A stretch of DNA of 29,095 nucleotides from a virus (IMGVR_UViG_2872158770_000007); one strand, 5' to 3'. Counted from the first letter of the stretch, positions 1-13,762 are shown. Notes: generated by a model not told the origin, from the sequence alone. Numbers and translations: made by a program.

Positions 1-795
1 TCATAGAATAGGAGAGTAAATTTCCACCTCAGGGTAATAAGCTCTAAGGTAATTTATAAGACCTTCATAAGCATTAAGAAGAGATATTTTATGTGAAATC
101 AAATCTTGTTCTATTATCAGTGCTTTATCGGATGGTAGCTCATCATAATTGAAATGACAAAGAAGATTATGATTCGCACCACCAAACACCTGAATGTTTC
201 TATTATCGGAAATCGGCAAATGTCCAGATATGATAAAATCAATATTTTTATACGAATCAATAAAACTTTGGAAATGACCGTGGAGTAATTTATCATTTAA
301 AGGATAGCTCGCTGGAAAATCCCTTAAAATACTATCAAACTGATCTCCAAAAATAAGAAGATTGATGTGAAAAGAATTAGGTAAAGTTTCAACTAATGAA
401 CGTACCCTCGCAAACGGTGTAAAGTGGAAGTAAGCGTTTAAAAAGTCCACATCTGACTGTCTTTTTTTATCTGAAAATAATGTATTATCGGTTGCACCCT
501 GTATATAAGCCTCATGTTCACTTTTGATTTGATGCAATTTTTCTACTGTATAAGTGAATGGATCTCTATCAACAAGAATATGATCATTTGCACAAAGCAG
601 GATAAGATTTTCATAAGAATTGTCATTTGCTAACAGGTCATCGCCCCTTGGTCCTTTTGGGCTTTTGGCTATTACATGAGCCATTTGTCCGATGTGAACC
701 TGCTCTTTAAAAAGAGAAGTTCGGCAAATATTACATTGCCCAGCGGATAGTCCATACAATTTTTTTATTGCTGCTGTAGTAATTGCATCACTCAT
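1..795 (-). CDS. HNH endonuclease-domain protein (N-terminal HNH, C-terminal ~170 aa domain of unknown function)
   Basis: 264-aa ORF complete within the window (stop at 1-3). N-terminal CNICRTSL...HVIAKSPKGPRGDD...NLILLCANDH matches the HNH/His-Me finger pattern (Cys pair, His, Asn, Cys-x-x-x-His). The C-terminal half has no motif I recognise. Confidence 0.6.
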   Translation of the reverse strand: MSDAITTAAIKKLYGLSAGQCNICRTSLFKEQVHIGQMAHVIAKSPKGPRGDDLLANDNSYENLILLCANDHILVDRDPFTYTVEKLHQIKSEHEAYIQGATDNTLFSDKKRQSDVDFLNAYFHFTPFARVRSLVETLPNSFHINLLIFGDQFDSILRDFPASYPLNDKLLHGHFQSFIDSYKNIDFIISGHLPISDNRNIQVFGGANHNLLCHFNYDELPSDKALIIEQDLISHKISLLNAYEGLINYLRAYYPEVEIYSPIL

Positions 796-855
796 AAATC
801 AAATCCTTAGATTGCTATTTTATTAACTCAAAACACATATTAAAGGAAAAATCTT

Positions 856-1149
856 TCAGCTTCCACCAACCATAATCAATAGCACTTGCAAAAGTTGTCC
901 TAATGGAACTTGGATCACAATAATTCCAAAAGCATCAAGTACTGGTACTATGATCCAGTTATAGAGAATGATAAGGGTTAGTACAAAACCGAGGGCATTA
1001 CGCCAGTGGAATGTTACCTTTTCAATCTCTTCTTTATTCGTTTCAATCTGCCCTTCTACATTCGTTTTCTTTACTTCCTGTTCAATAGTTTTCTTCTTAA
1101 TGAAAAAATCCAATCCTGACTTCAGAAACTCAATCAATATACTAATCAT
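856..1149 (-). CDS. small membrane protein (charged N-terminal half, two C-terminal hydrophobic segments)
   Basis: 97-aa ORF. K/E-rich N-terminus followed by ALGFVLTLIILYNWIIVPVL and FGIIVIQVPLGQLLQVLLIMVGG hydrophobic stretches. Overlaps the next ORF start by 4 nt, suggesting translational coupling. Confidence 0.35.
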   Translation of the reverse strand: MISILIEFLKSGLDFFIKKKTIEQEVKKTNVEGQIETNKEEIEKVTFHWRNALGFVLTLIILYNWIIVPVLDAFGIIVIQVPLGQLLQVLLIMVGGS

Positions 1150-1457
1150 TCAATAATCCCCACGGCATATACCCAAAAATGTTTACCCTTCACAAAGAGC
1201 TTTTTACTCTCAATTAGAAATACAGGCATCTTTTCACCCTGTAATTCCCATTCAAGTACTTCACCAACTTTGAAATCTTTCTTCTTCTCATAAATAACGT
1301 TCATATAGCTATCAATCTGATAATTACTTTTCTTAACGACCTTTTGAAATTTCTTATCAAGAAAACATTTGTTAATTGGCATACTATTACCATCTGGTGT
1401 CATGCCATTTAGCTTAATCTTGCTTATTAAATCACCATAATGTTGCTCAAAATTCAT
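1146..1457 (-). CDS. hypothetical protein
   Basis: 103-aa ORF, same strand and tightly packed with its neighbours. No recognisable motif. Confidence 0.4.
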   Translation of the reverse strand: MNFEQHYGDLISKIKLNGMTPDGNSMPINKCFLDKKFQKVVKKSNYQIDSYMNVIYEKKKDFKVGEVLEWELQGEKMPVFLIESKKLFVKGKHFWVYAVGIIE

Positions 1458-1532
1458 TGTCTACTTATCCTGAATGTTCCCTGAATACCGCTCATAATTA
1501 CCCTTACACCATCATTGGCTTCCTTATAGAAG

Positions 1533-2033
1533 TCAATAGATAAGGCGACGTTGTTTCTTCTCACGTAAGCCAATTACACGTTTGGTTTTCTTCTTGGTAT
1601 CTTTCTTTGCGGTATCAATTAATCGTTCTTTACCATTCTTACCCTTCACTACCTTATATCGTTCACTTAAAAGATTCTTTTTCAGTCCTGAAATGTTGCC
1701 CTGCTTAGTTAATCTTGTAGATGAAGTAGGTATAAACTTATCAATTGCCTTTGGCTGTACCAGTACTTGATAAAGGTACTTAGCCTGAATATCTTTAACC
1801 ATGATGGTCGATGTAACTGAATTTCTCCCAACCTTTCTATAGAAGAAAAGGATGGAACGTTGAGTAAAGCCCACTGCCCCACGGTCAACGCTATTATTCA
1901 AATCACCCTGCATTCTTTGGGATAGTAGCTTGGAACGTTTAATTATTTCATTCTGGAATTGATTATTTAATCTAACTCCCTGCGTTTGTATATAGTTCCT
2001 TATACTACCAATCCCATTTATTCCACTTGCCAT
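1533..2033 (-). CDS. hypothetical protein with highly basic C-terminal tail
   Basis: 166-aa ORF. The C-terminus KKDTKKKTKRVIGLREKKQRRLIY is strongly basic, suggesting nucleic-acid binding. No catalytic motif recognised. Confidence 0.4.
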   Translation of the reverse strand: MASGINGIGSIRNYIQTQGVRLNNQFQNEIIKRSKLLSQRMQGDLNNSVDRGAVGFTQRSILFFYRKVGRNSVTSTIMVKDIQAKYLYQVLVQPKAIDKFIPTSSTRLTKQGNISGLKKNLLSERYKVVKGKNGKERLIDTAKKDTKKKTKRVIGLREKKQRRLIY

Positions 2034-2042
2034 ATATTTACC

Positions 2043-2477
2043 TCAATTCAAGTACTCCAATAGTTCCTGTACTATTCCGAGTAGTCTTTTTTTATCCTTT
2101 GCATTTGGTGATCTAATCTTACTCATCATTGCCAGATTCAAACATTCCGGTTTAAGCATCTGATGAAGGATCAGTATTGCCTCTACAATCATTACCTCTC
2201 GCATAGTTGCGAAGCACCATAGAATCGTTTTTGAGTACTGTTCACCATTTTCAATTTTGTTTTTAACGACATTGGAACTACTGAGGTACTCACGCCAGCC
2301 ATTTTCCTTTGAAGTGGGCTTTAGCTTTCTCGCATCCTTAACCCGCTGATAGATTTGCTTAGCACCGACATAATTAGAACCATCCTCAAACTGAAAGATA
2401 TAAACGAAACCAGCATATTCACCGGATAACATTTCCTCCTCGCTCCAATCATCCGAGTATTTCCATTCACTCATCAT
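2043..2477 (-). CDS. putative GIY-YIG-like nuclease domain protein
   Basis: 144-aa ORF. GFVYIFQFEDGSNYVGAKQ has the Y-I-F ... Y-V-G spacing (about 10 residues) typical of the GIY-YIG motif, followed by a conserved Arg. Weak, motif-level only. Confidence 0.35.
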   Translation of the reverse strand: MMSEWKYSDDWSEEEMLSGEYAGFVYIFQFEDGSNYVGAKQIYQRVKDARKLKPTSKENGWREYLSSSNVVKNKIENGEQYSKTILWCFATMREVMIVEAILILHQMLKPECLNLAMMSKIRSPNAKDKKRLLGIVQELLEYLN

Positions 2478-2513
2478 AAATATTCCTATAAATTCATTAT
2501 AGGTATTTAGTAA

Positions 2514-2963
2514 ATGAGCGATTTAAAAACACGATTAAAAGAATATGAAGGTACTAAAGAGTATCAGGCAAATTTGAAGTACTTCAGAAATGGGAAATTC
2601 TATCCATATGCTGATAGTTTAGGATGTAGTACTATTGTATATGGTCACTTAATTCAGGCGGGAGAAGATTTTAGTACTGGCATTACTGAAAGCGAAGCAG
2701 ACAAGTTACTATCTCGCGATTTAGCCAAAACAATTATGCAGGTACAGACATTAGGGTTAAATCTTCCCGATGACTGGAATGATTTTATTATTATCATGAC
2801 CTTCCAGTTAGGTATTGGCGGGGTGAAGAAATTCCGTAAGATGTTAGCAGCCCTGAAAGCACATGATTACCTTGAAGCAATTAAACAGGCTAAGTGTTCT
2901 CTATGGTACAGGCAGACACCAAACCGTGTGAATTCCATGATTGCAGTACTTAAAAACAAATAA
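2514..2963 (+). CDS. phage lysozyme (endolysin), T4 lysozyme-like glycoside hydrolase family 24
   Basis: 149 aa. Collinear with T4 lysozyme: YEG (Glu11 equivalent), YADSLG (Asp20), STIVYGH (Thr26), ITESEADKLLSRDL versus T4 ITKDEAEKLFNQDV, and C-terminal SLWYRQTPNRVNSMIAVL versus T4 SRWYNQTPNRAKRVITTF. Confidence 0.9.
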   Translation: MSDLKTRLKEYEGTKEYQANLKYFRNGKFYPYADSLGCSTIVYGHLIQAGEDFSTGITESEADKLLSRDLAKTIMQVQTLGLNLPDDWNDFIIIMTFQLGIGGVKKFRKMLAALKAHDYLEAIKQAKCSLWYRQTPNRVNSMIAVLKNK

Positions 2964-2969
2964 AGAAAA

Positions 2970-3004
2970 GGCATAGTACGAATGACATACTATGCCTTTT
3001 TTTA
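2970..3004. terminator. bidirectional rho-independent terminator between convergent genes
   Basis: Perfect 9-bp stem ggcatagta / tactatgcc (2970-2978 and 2988-2996), 9-nt loop, then a T-run on the plus strand 2997-3003. An A-run (aaaagaaaag) precedes it, giving a U-tract for the minus-strand transcript. Confidence 0.7.
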
Positions 3005-3274
3005 TGGTCGTTGTTTCTGCTGAAGAATTGCAATAATCCTTTCAATCTTAACATCAAGTTCATGGATTTGTGTTTCCAGTTTACTTAGTGTATCTCTCAT
3101 CTTATCCTGATCATCCTCAATACGGGAAATACTACTTTCCAGTACAGCAATGGTAGTTTCAAGAGTAGCAACGCGAGTTAATAGATCATTCGTATCCTTT
3201 GTATTATCTCTAAAGATAGTATAAAGGAATACGCATCCAGAAATAACAAGAGCTAAAATAGCACCGATATCCAT
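3002..3274 (-). CDS. membrane-anchored coiled-coil protein (spanin-like or holin-like; function unproven)
   Basis: 90 aa. N-terminal hydrophobic segment AILALVISGCVFLYTIF followed by a heptad-like charged region (LETTIAVLESSISRIEDDQDKMRDTLSKLETQIHELDVKIERIIAILQ). AAGGGA-like Shine-Dalgarno about 8 nt upstream of the ATG. Confidence 0.4.
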   Translation of the reverse strand: MDIGAILALVISGCVFLYTIFRDNTKDTNDLLTRVATLETTIAVLESSISRIEDDQDKMRDTLSKLETQIHELDVKIERIIAILQQKQRP

Positions 3275-3287
3275 ACTGAAATCCCTT

Positions 3288-3338
3288 TGTTGTTATTGTT
3301 ATTGTTATTGTTATTGTTATTGTTATTGTTTTTGTATT
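3288..3338. repeat. hexanucleotide microsatellite (TGTTAT)n: 6 perfect units at 3291-3326 plus degenerate flanking units
   Basis: Direct reading: tgttat x6 followed by tgtttt and tgtatt. It occupies nearly the whole 59-bp spacer between the stop of the 218-aa gene (3334-3336) and the RBS/start of the 90-aa gene (3274). Confidence 0.9.
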
Positions 3339-3993
3339 AATACCCTGTAAATGTCGCCAATGCTATCTGGATACCATTATTCCCCATTGCCTGGCGGTAG
3401 GTTTTCTGGTTCTTTGAAACGTACTGTAGACTGAATGAAGTACTGGAATTACGCCTGATAACCAGACCAGAGTACCCAATTACTGTACCATCATCTGATA
3501 TGTTCCCCGGACATTGTGACCAGCAGAACCAGGGATCAGCTACTGGAGACGTTACCGTAATGGCAGTACTGAGATCGGTAGCCGCAGGTGCTGTCAAAAA
3601 TCCCCTGATACGTGGCATTGTTGCCGCTGATGCAGCAGACCAGATTAAAGTACCTTCTTCACTGAACACATCAAGAAAACCAGATGTGGGGGTAGCCGTG
3701 TGACTACTTGTCATGAACCTGCCCATGCCAGGCTGGAACATATAGGCACCAGGGAAACACCATGCCCCGTCTTTCTGTATCTGGAACCAGTACTGTGTTG
3801 TGTTCCTGTTAGCTACTACTGATGGCATAACGAAACCGAGCGATCCACCATTACCGAAGGCACAGGTAAAGCCTGTGTAGTATCCCGTATCAGTTAGATT
3901 TCCCATGGCCTTTACTGCACCCGTCATTATCGACTTGTTAGTACTATCTATAGTCAGTGCACCCGCTGAATTATATACCTCGAAACCTGCCAT
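3337..3993 (-). CDS. tail-associated hypothetical protein (paralogue of the adjacent 98-aa protein)
   Basis: 218 aa, immediately downstream of the J-like gene. N-terminus MAGFEVYNSAGALTIDSTNKSI aligns with MAQGLQCWNAAGVLVVDLTDYNI of the upstream gene. Gly/Thr/Ser-rich, beta-rich composition typical of fibre or receptor-binding proteins. Confidence 0.45.
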   Translation of the reverse strand: MAGFEVYNSAGALTIDSTNKSIMTGAVKAMGNLTDTGYYTGFTCAFGNGGSLGFVMPSVVANRNTTQYWFQIQKDGAWCFPGAYMFQPGMGRFMTSSHTATPTSGFLDVFSEEGTLIWSAASAATMPRIRGFLTAPAATDLSTAITVTSPVADPWFCWSQCPGNISDDGTVIGYSGLVIRRNSSTSFSLQYVSKNQKTYRQAMGNNGIQIALATFTGY

Positions 3994-3994
3994 C

Positions 3995-4291
3995 TTACGC
4001 CGTCCACTTATATACGTTAAAAGTGTAGTTACCAGCTAACGGTGCATATGTTGGCAAATAAACCGCAGTAAATGACCCATTATTACAAAAGGCTGACCAC
4101 TCATTAAAGGTATCACTGGCGGGGGCATAGTGTACAAACCAGCCTGTAGTTTTCATATTTGGTACTGATACAGTATAGGTCTGTGCAGAAGTAGCCTTGA
4201 CAGTATAAGTACCCATAAAACGTATGTTATAATCAGTCAGATCTACTACTAATACACCCGCTGCATTCCAACATTGTAATCCCTGTGCCAT
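3995..4291 (-). CDS. tail-associated hypothetical protein (short paralogue)
   Basis: 98 aa. Shares the N-terminal M-A-x5-N-x-A-G-x-L-x-x-D motif with the 218-aa gene. Its stop abuts the next start. Confidence 0.45.
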   Translation of the reverse strand: MAQGLQCWNAAGVLVVDLTDYNIRFMGTYTVKATSAQTYTVSVPNMKTTGWFVHYAPASDTFNEWSAFCNNGSFTAVYLPTYAPLAGNYTFNVYKWTA

Positions 4292-4448
4292 AGCTCTTAC
4301 TCCTGTAAATCCTTTTCTTCATTCCAATTGTTTCTTTTCCGCTAATACTGAATGGGTTAGTACTGGTACTATTGAAAGTACGTTCATTAGATTTCATTTA
4401 TGTATCCTTTTGAAATGAGGTTACAGTTAATAATCCCTGAATTATTTA

Positions 4449-9399
<4,951 letters not shown>

Positions 9400-9400
<1 letters not shown>

Positions 9401-10023
9401 TACTTGTATTTCCAGTTCTGATTTTGATTAACTTGACCTAACAGACTAAAGTACTCATCATTTCTATAGTAAGATTGATATACTGAGTTGGCGGCAATTA
9501 ATGCAGGTTGTCTGTCTAATTTCTTATAGACAGAATTCACATATATAGTCATTTCGTTTTGCTTCTGATTTGGATCAGTTACTGCCTGTACATAGTCAAT
9601 AAACCCCGTAAACATGAGCATTGAATCAATTACAGTACTATCATATGGATTGAGAATTACTAACTTGATATTCATCTGTGCATCTTTCAAGAAACCACCA
9701 AGGGCAAGAGCACGAACCGAGGCGTTTACATTGCTAATTTTAAAATTGATAGCATCATTAGACATGCCCTTTTGTTCAGAATATGAAGGTAATGAACCAC
9801 TGATAATGTCGGGGAAACTTATGTACTTATAACCATCCAGATCTATATCAATTAGTGAATCCGTCCAGTGAAAACCATTAGTACCTTTTGGTAGTACATC
9901 AAAACAAGTAACATTAACGCCTAAGCTCATAATTTCCATTAGTGTTAATCTTGTCTTGGTTGTACCTCTGACTAACTTCCAGTACTTAAGAAGATTAGCA
10001 TTAGTATATATACCTGAGTCCAT
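9400..10023 (-). CDS. minor tail protein, lambda gpL-like
   Basis: 207 aa, second gene after the tape measure. Weak collinearity with gpL. Start and stop overlap the neighbouring genes, suggesting coupling. Confidence 0.45.
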
Positions 10024-10580
10024 TAGATGATATTCTCCGTTGCTTTCAATGTAATATTCATGATGTTCCCAATAGGCAATGAATAATCATTGTCTGGATC
10101 TAATACAGCCTCGATCATGAGATTGTTATATTTGAGTGCTTCACTTGCCTGTACTGTATTTTGTAGAGCAGGGAAAATAGTAATTGAAGTACTGGTACGT
10201 TCTACGATTCGATATAGCTTATTGTGATTGGAAAACTGTACCCACTCACCCACAGCTAATGTGTTAGTACTGATAGGTACAACCATATTACCCGGTTTAG
10301 TGAGAGCAGTAGCGGTTACTGCACCAGTCTGTTTACCGTAATATGTACCTGCAAGCCCCAATGACATAGTGAAAGGTTTGCCCTGTGCATATTGAGCTAA
10401 AAAGCTATTCACTTCATTTAGTGATGCAGGATTAAAATTAAGGGTGAACTGAATTTGATAGTATTGAATTCCAGTACTTCTCATGATACGTTGACCTGTC
10501 CATGTTTGATTAGAATAGATCGGTTCAGTACTTTTAATTTGAAAGTTCGTTACTTTTATTTGATTTGAAAAGGATGCCAT
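10023..10580 (-). CDS. minor/distal tail protein, lambda gpM-like
   Basis: 185 aa, first structural gene after the tape measure module. Assignment is by position and weak motif similarity. Confidence 0.4.
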   Translation of the reverse strand: MASFSNQIKVTNFQIKSTEPIYSNQTWTGQRIMRSTGIQYYQIQFTLNFNPASLNEVNSFLAQYAQGKPFTMSLGLAGTYYGKQTGAVTATALTKPGNMVVPISTNTLAVGEWVQFSNHNKLYRIVERTSTSITIFPALQNTVQASEALKYNNLMIEAVLDPDNDYSLPIGNIMNITLKATENII

Positions 10581-10680
10581 TTTGTTACCTCGAATATCTT
10601 CTTTCTTTATTTATTTAAAAACCTCGATTCGTATTTTTTTTAACAGGCTTGATTGGCAGGCTGCATCCGTCATCGTTGCT

Positions 10681-11154
10681 ATGTTGTTATTTGCAGGCCA
10701 AATAGGCTATAACGCATATGATAAATGGAAAGAAAGTTCAGATGATGTTTTTAAGATGCGTGTAATCTTATTGAGCGAAATCAACAATAACCTTTTAGCT
10801 CTTGCTACTGGTGGCGATGAGTCTCAGGTGTTAGGCACATATGAAATATGTATTCCTCTTCCAACTGAAGATACAGAAGCTATTAAAAGAGTAGCAACTG
10901 CCGTTTCTTATTTGCATGATGATGTATATTATTCCCAATTAGAAAAATTAGCATCACTCCCAAAAAAAGAAGTAGATGCCATCGTAAAGAGTTATTATTC
11001 ATTATCGAGATTACGTACTCTTTCAACACAGCTTGCATACAATATTAAATACTCACCACCTAAAGTTAAATTATTGCGGGAAGAGTATTACAATCTCTAT
11101 ACCCTTTCATCTTCTCTTTCACAATATTTGTCTTATCACACGGAAAATCCCTAA
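10681..11154 (+). CDS. opposite-strand moron: hypothetical protein
   Basis: Only long ORF in the 585-bp gap between tape measure and gpM-like gene, on the opposite strand. The ATG at 10681 is preferred over the track's TTG at 10582, which abuts the divergent gene start. Predicted helical protein with no recognisable catalytic motif. Confidence 0.4.
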   Translation: MLLFAGQIGYNAYDKWKESSDDVFKMRVILLSEINNNLLALATGGDESQVLGTYEICIPLPTEDTEAIKRVATAVSYLHDDVYYSQLEKLASLPKKEVDAIVKSYYSLSRLRTLSTQLAYNIKYSPPKVKLLREEYYNLYTLSSSLSQYLSYHTENP

Positions 11155-11164
11155 CTGGGCTTTC

Positions 11165-13378
11165 TTATGTATTACGTTTTTGACTACTTCTCACAGCTTG
11201 AGAAACACTATTGGCGTGTTTCTTAAGCATCTCATTAAATTTCTTGTCATCATCAGCTACATCACCCTGGATGATCAATGGTGCGTTAACGGTAATATCA
11301 CCTGAAGTACTTCCACCTTCTTGTTTATCCAAGAATGCTGTTAATTTCTTATTCGCTTCAGGCTGCACCACTCTCTCGCCCTGCTTAAGTACAAATGATT
11401 TGTTGTCATAACTTGCTGGTAGTTCATCTACCCCGCCATGGAACTGACCAGCAGCAGCACCCTTTGCAGTACTAATAATCGACATACCAAGTGAAAGTAC
11501 TTGTGCATAGTTTGCCAATGAAGCTGGCCAAGGGGTAGCGAGTGCTTGGGCCAATGCTGACTGAATTGAAAGTACTGTCTGTGCAATGCTTATGCTCTTA
11601 CTTAGGGTAAATGCAGCTTGTGCAGCCCCACTACTTTCCCCAAACGCATCAACCATGCCCTGTGATAGTGACTGTGCAGTACTTGAGAAGATACTTAACT
11701 GATCCTGTGCATTCTGGTTACTGATTTGGATGGCCTGTGCATTGTACTTTGCCGTGATCTCAGCTTTACGTTTCTCATAGTCCTCATGGCCTTTCAGCAA
11801 CAACTCATTCTGCTGAAGTTCAGCATTCATAGCATCAGCGTTATCTTTCAACTTCTGATCGGTATCGTTATAGGCTAATGGATTACCACCATTGATACGC
11901 TGATTCTGTTGCTGTGCCAGATACCCCTTCTGATTGTCATTGAGTAGACCGGAACCAATAAGAGCATTGGTATCTTTCAGACCCTGATTAGGATCTTGAT
12001 AACCAACCATTGAATTCAGTAAATCAGTACGTTGTTTAGCACCATATGCAGTAGCGTTCTTTAGCATTTCATCAGGATTGATACCGAGTACTTGAGCACT
12101 ATCGGTGATGGTTTTAAGAAGTGCCTTTTGTTGTCTGTCGAACTGCTGTAGACGTACCTGAAAACCATCTTCCCCAACTTGAGCAAGAGCAGCTTCCAGA
12201 TTACGTTGAGCCTGTAGGCGTTTTGCATCTGCCGCCTTTTGTGCCGCTTCTGCCTGTTTACGTTGTTGTTCTAACTTCTTCGCTGCATCTTCAGCTTCTT
12301 TTGCCTGATCAACCCATCCGCCAGTAGGAGCGGTAGCAACCGCAACATCGGACTTTAGGTTGTTTGCCAGTTCTTCTAAACGTGCCTTAGCCTGAGCGAA
12401 CTCATTACCCTTGTTGCCCTTATCATCCATGATGCCAGTATTGAGTGCTGCACCCTGGTAGTTTAATGCCCCTGCTGTACGTAATTTTTCCCAGATATCC
12501 AACATATCCTGTAGAGAACCCTTGGAAGTTTTAATACGTTCATTCAGATCTTCAAACAAACCTGCCTCGTGAGGTTTTTGATTTGCAGCATCATAGACAC
12601 TGTTCATGGCATTAACTAAAGGTGATAGGCCATCAGCAATAGTACCTTTAATGCTGGTAGTAAGTTTCCCAAGGTTTTTATCGAATTCAGCATATTTTTC
12701 AGCAGCATCATTAGTTACTTCAGCATTTTGTGACTGGATATAGGCTGTAGCTTGAGCCTCATTATTGAACTGCTGAAGAGTACTAATCATGTGGCTTGAG
12801 TCACTGGCTAACGTTTCCATTACGTTAACTATTTCACTCTGTGATTTACCTGCATCACGCATGGCGTAAAAGGTGTGGATCACAGCCTGCATACCACCAT
12901 CAGCCTGTTTTAAGTACTTGTTATAGTCCTGTAGGTTGAGTCCATATTCTTTAAGATCATCGGATACACCACCGCCAGCACGAAAAGCATCACCGAGCTT
13001 ATCCAAGGTATCCTTGTTGAAATCACCAAACTTATCAATCTCAAGACCGAGGCCACTAAACGCCGCTGATAGCTGTTGTAACTGAACCACGGACAATCCG
13101 GTACTCTTACTGATCTGGTTCATTTCACGCACATATTCACGTGATGATTCTACTAATGCTGCCAGGCCACCAATACCAATAGCCGCAGCACCCGCGATCC
13201 CGGTCATAGCAGTACCGAACCCGCCAGCCATACCAGTTATTCGGCCTGTGAACTCTTCAACAATGCCACCAGCAGTACTACCAAATTCCTCTAATGATTC
13301 AGTACCAGACCTTAAAGCACGCTGTAAACCGGAAGAATCACCCGTAATATCTACACGTATTCTATTATTATTTGCCAT
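11165..13378 (-). CDS. tail tape measure protein
   Basis: 737 aa. Gly/Ala-rich N-terminal region (GMAGGFGTAMTGIAGAAAIGIGGLAAL) and long coiled-coil Q/A/K-rich repeats, directly downstream of the G/GT chaperone pair. Length implies a long non-contractile tail. Confidence 0.85.
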   Translation of the reverse strand: MANNNRIRVDITGDSSGLQRALRSGTESLEEFGSTAGGIVEEFTGRITGMAGGFGTAMTGIAGAAAIGIGGLAALVESSREYVREMNQISKSTGLSVVQLQQLSAAFSGLGLEIDKFGDFNKDTLDKLGDAFRAGGGVSDDLKEYGLNLQDYNKYLKQADGGMQAVIHTFYAMRDAGKSQSEIVNVMETLASDSSHMISTLQQFNNEAQATAYIQSQNAEVTNDAAEKYAEFDKNLGKLTTSIKGTIADGLSPLVNAMNSVYDAANQKPHEAGLFEDLNERIKTSKGSLQDMLDIWEKLRTAGALNYQGAALNTGIMDDKGNKGNEFAQAKARLEELANNLKSDVAVATAPTGGWVDQAKEAEDAAKKLEQQRKQAEAAQKAADAKRLQAQRNLEAALAQVGEDGFQVRLQQFDRQQKALLKTITDSAQVLGINPDEMLKNATAYGAKQRTDLLNSMVGYQDPNQGLKDTNALIGSGLLNDNQKGYLAQQQNQRINGGNPLAYNDTDQKLKDNADAMNAELQQNELLLKGHEDYEKRKAEITAKYNAQAIQISNQNAQDQLSIFSSTAQSLSQGMVDAFGESSGAAQAAFTLSKSISIAQTVLSIQSALAQALATPWPASLANYAQVLSLGMSIISTAKGAAAGQFHGGVDELPASYDNKSFVLKQGERVVQPEANKKLTAFLDKQEGGSTSGDITVNAPLIIQGDVADDDKKFNEMLKKHANSVSQAVRSSQKRNT

Positions 13379-13730
13379 TCTTTTTCTTTCCTAATACCTG
13401 AGATTTAATTAACTCCCCTATAGATTTAATATCATTGGATTGAGCCTCTTTAGTTTTTAATTTTCTTTCTTCAGCTTTCTCTGAAGTACTCTTAGTACTA
13501 TCACTAAGCACATCAAGAAAATCAAAATCCTGTACCTTGATACTTTTCCTTGCTTCTGGTGTTAGGTTGCCATTACTGATAGTGGTGTAGTAACACTGGT
13601 ACGCATGTTTCATCATTTCAATCTGCGTACCGGATGGTTCTATAAAAGTATCGTAGATCATAAGCATATTGAGTACATCAGGATCTAAACTAAAGTATTC
13701 TTCAGGTGATAAGCCTCTTTTGTTAACCAT
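13368..13730 (-). CDS. tail assembly chaperone T-like segment, expressed as G-T fusion by -1 frameshift
   Basis: 120-aa ORF in the -1 frame relative to the upstream G-like ORF. Translation across the junction in the -1 frame is open (KKVRGDIELKYFCKMVNKRG...). Confidence 0.55.
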   Translation of the reverse strand: MVNKRGLSPEEYFSLDPDVLNMLMIYDTFIEPSGTQIEMMKHAYQCYYTTISNGNLTPEARKSIKVQDFDFLDVLSDSTKSTSEKAEERKLKTKEAQSNDIKSIGELIKSQVLGKKKNGK

Positions 13731-13762
13731 CTTACAAAAGTACTTTAATTCGATATCACCTC

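Noticed and set aside
3288-3338. CRISPR array or other spacer-repeat structure
   Set aside because: The only short tandem repeat is a 6-bp microsatellite with no spacers; no CRISPR-like repeat-spacer periodicity is visible anywhere in the window.
10582-10680. TTG start at 10582 for the plus-strand moron (190-aa version)
   Set aside because: It would begin 1 bp from the divergent gene start with no room for a promoter or RBS; the ATG at 10681 is preferred. Neither start has a convincing Shine-Dalgarno, so the gene call itself is only moderate.
11033-12327. Plus-strand ORFs 11033-11305, 11211-11411 and 12121-12327
   Set aside because: Antisense to the tape measure gene; no start-site support.
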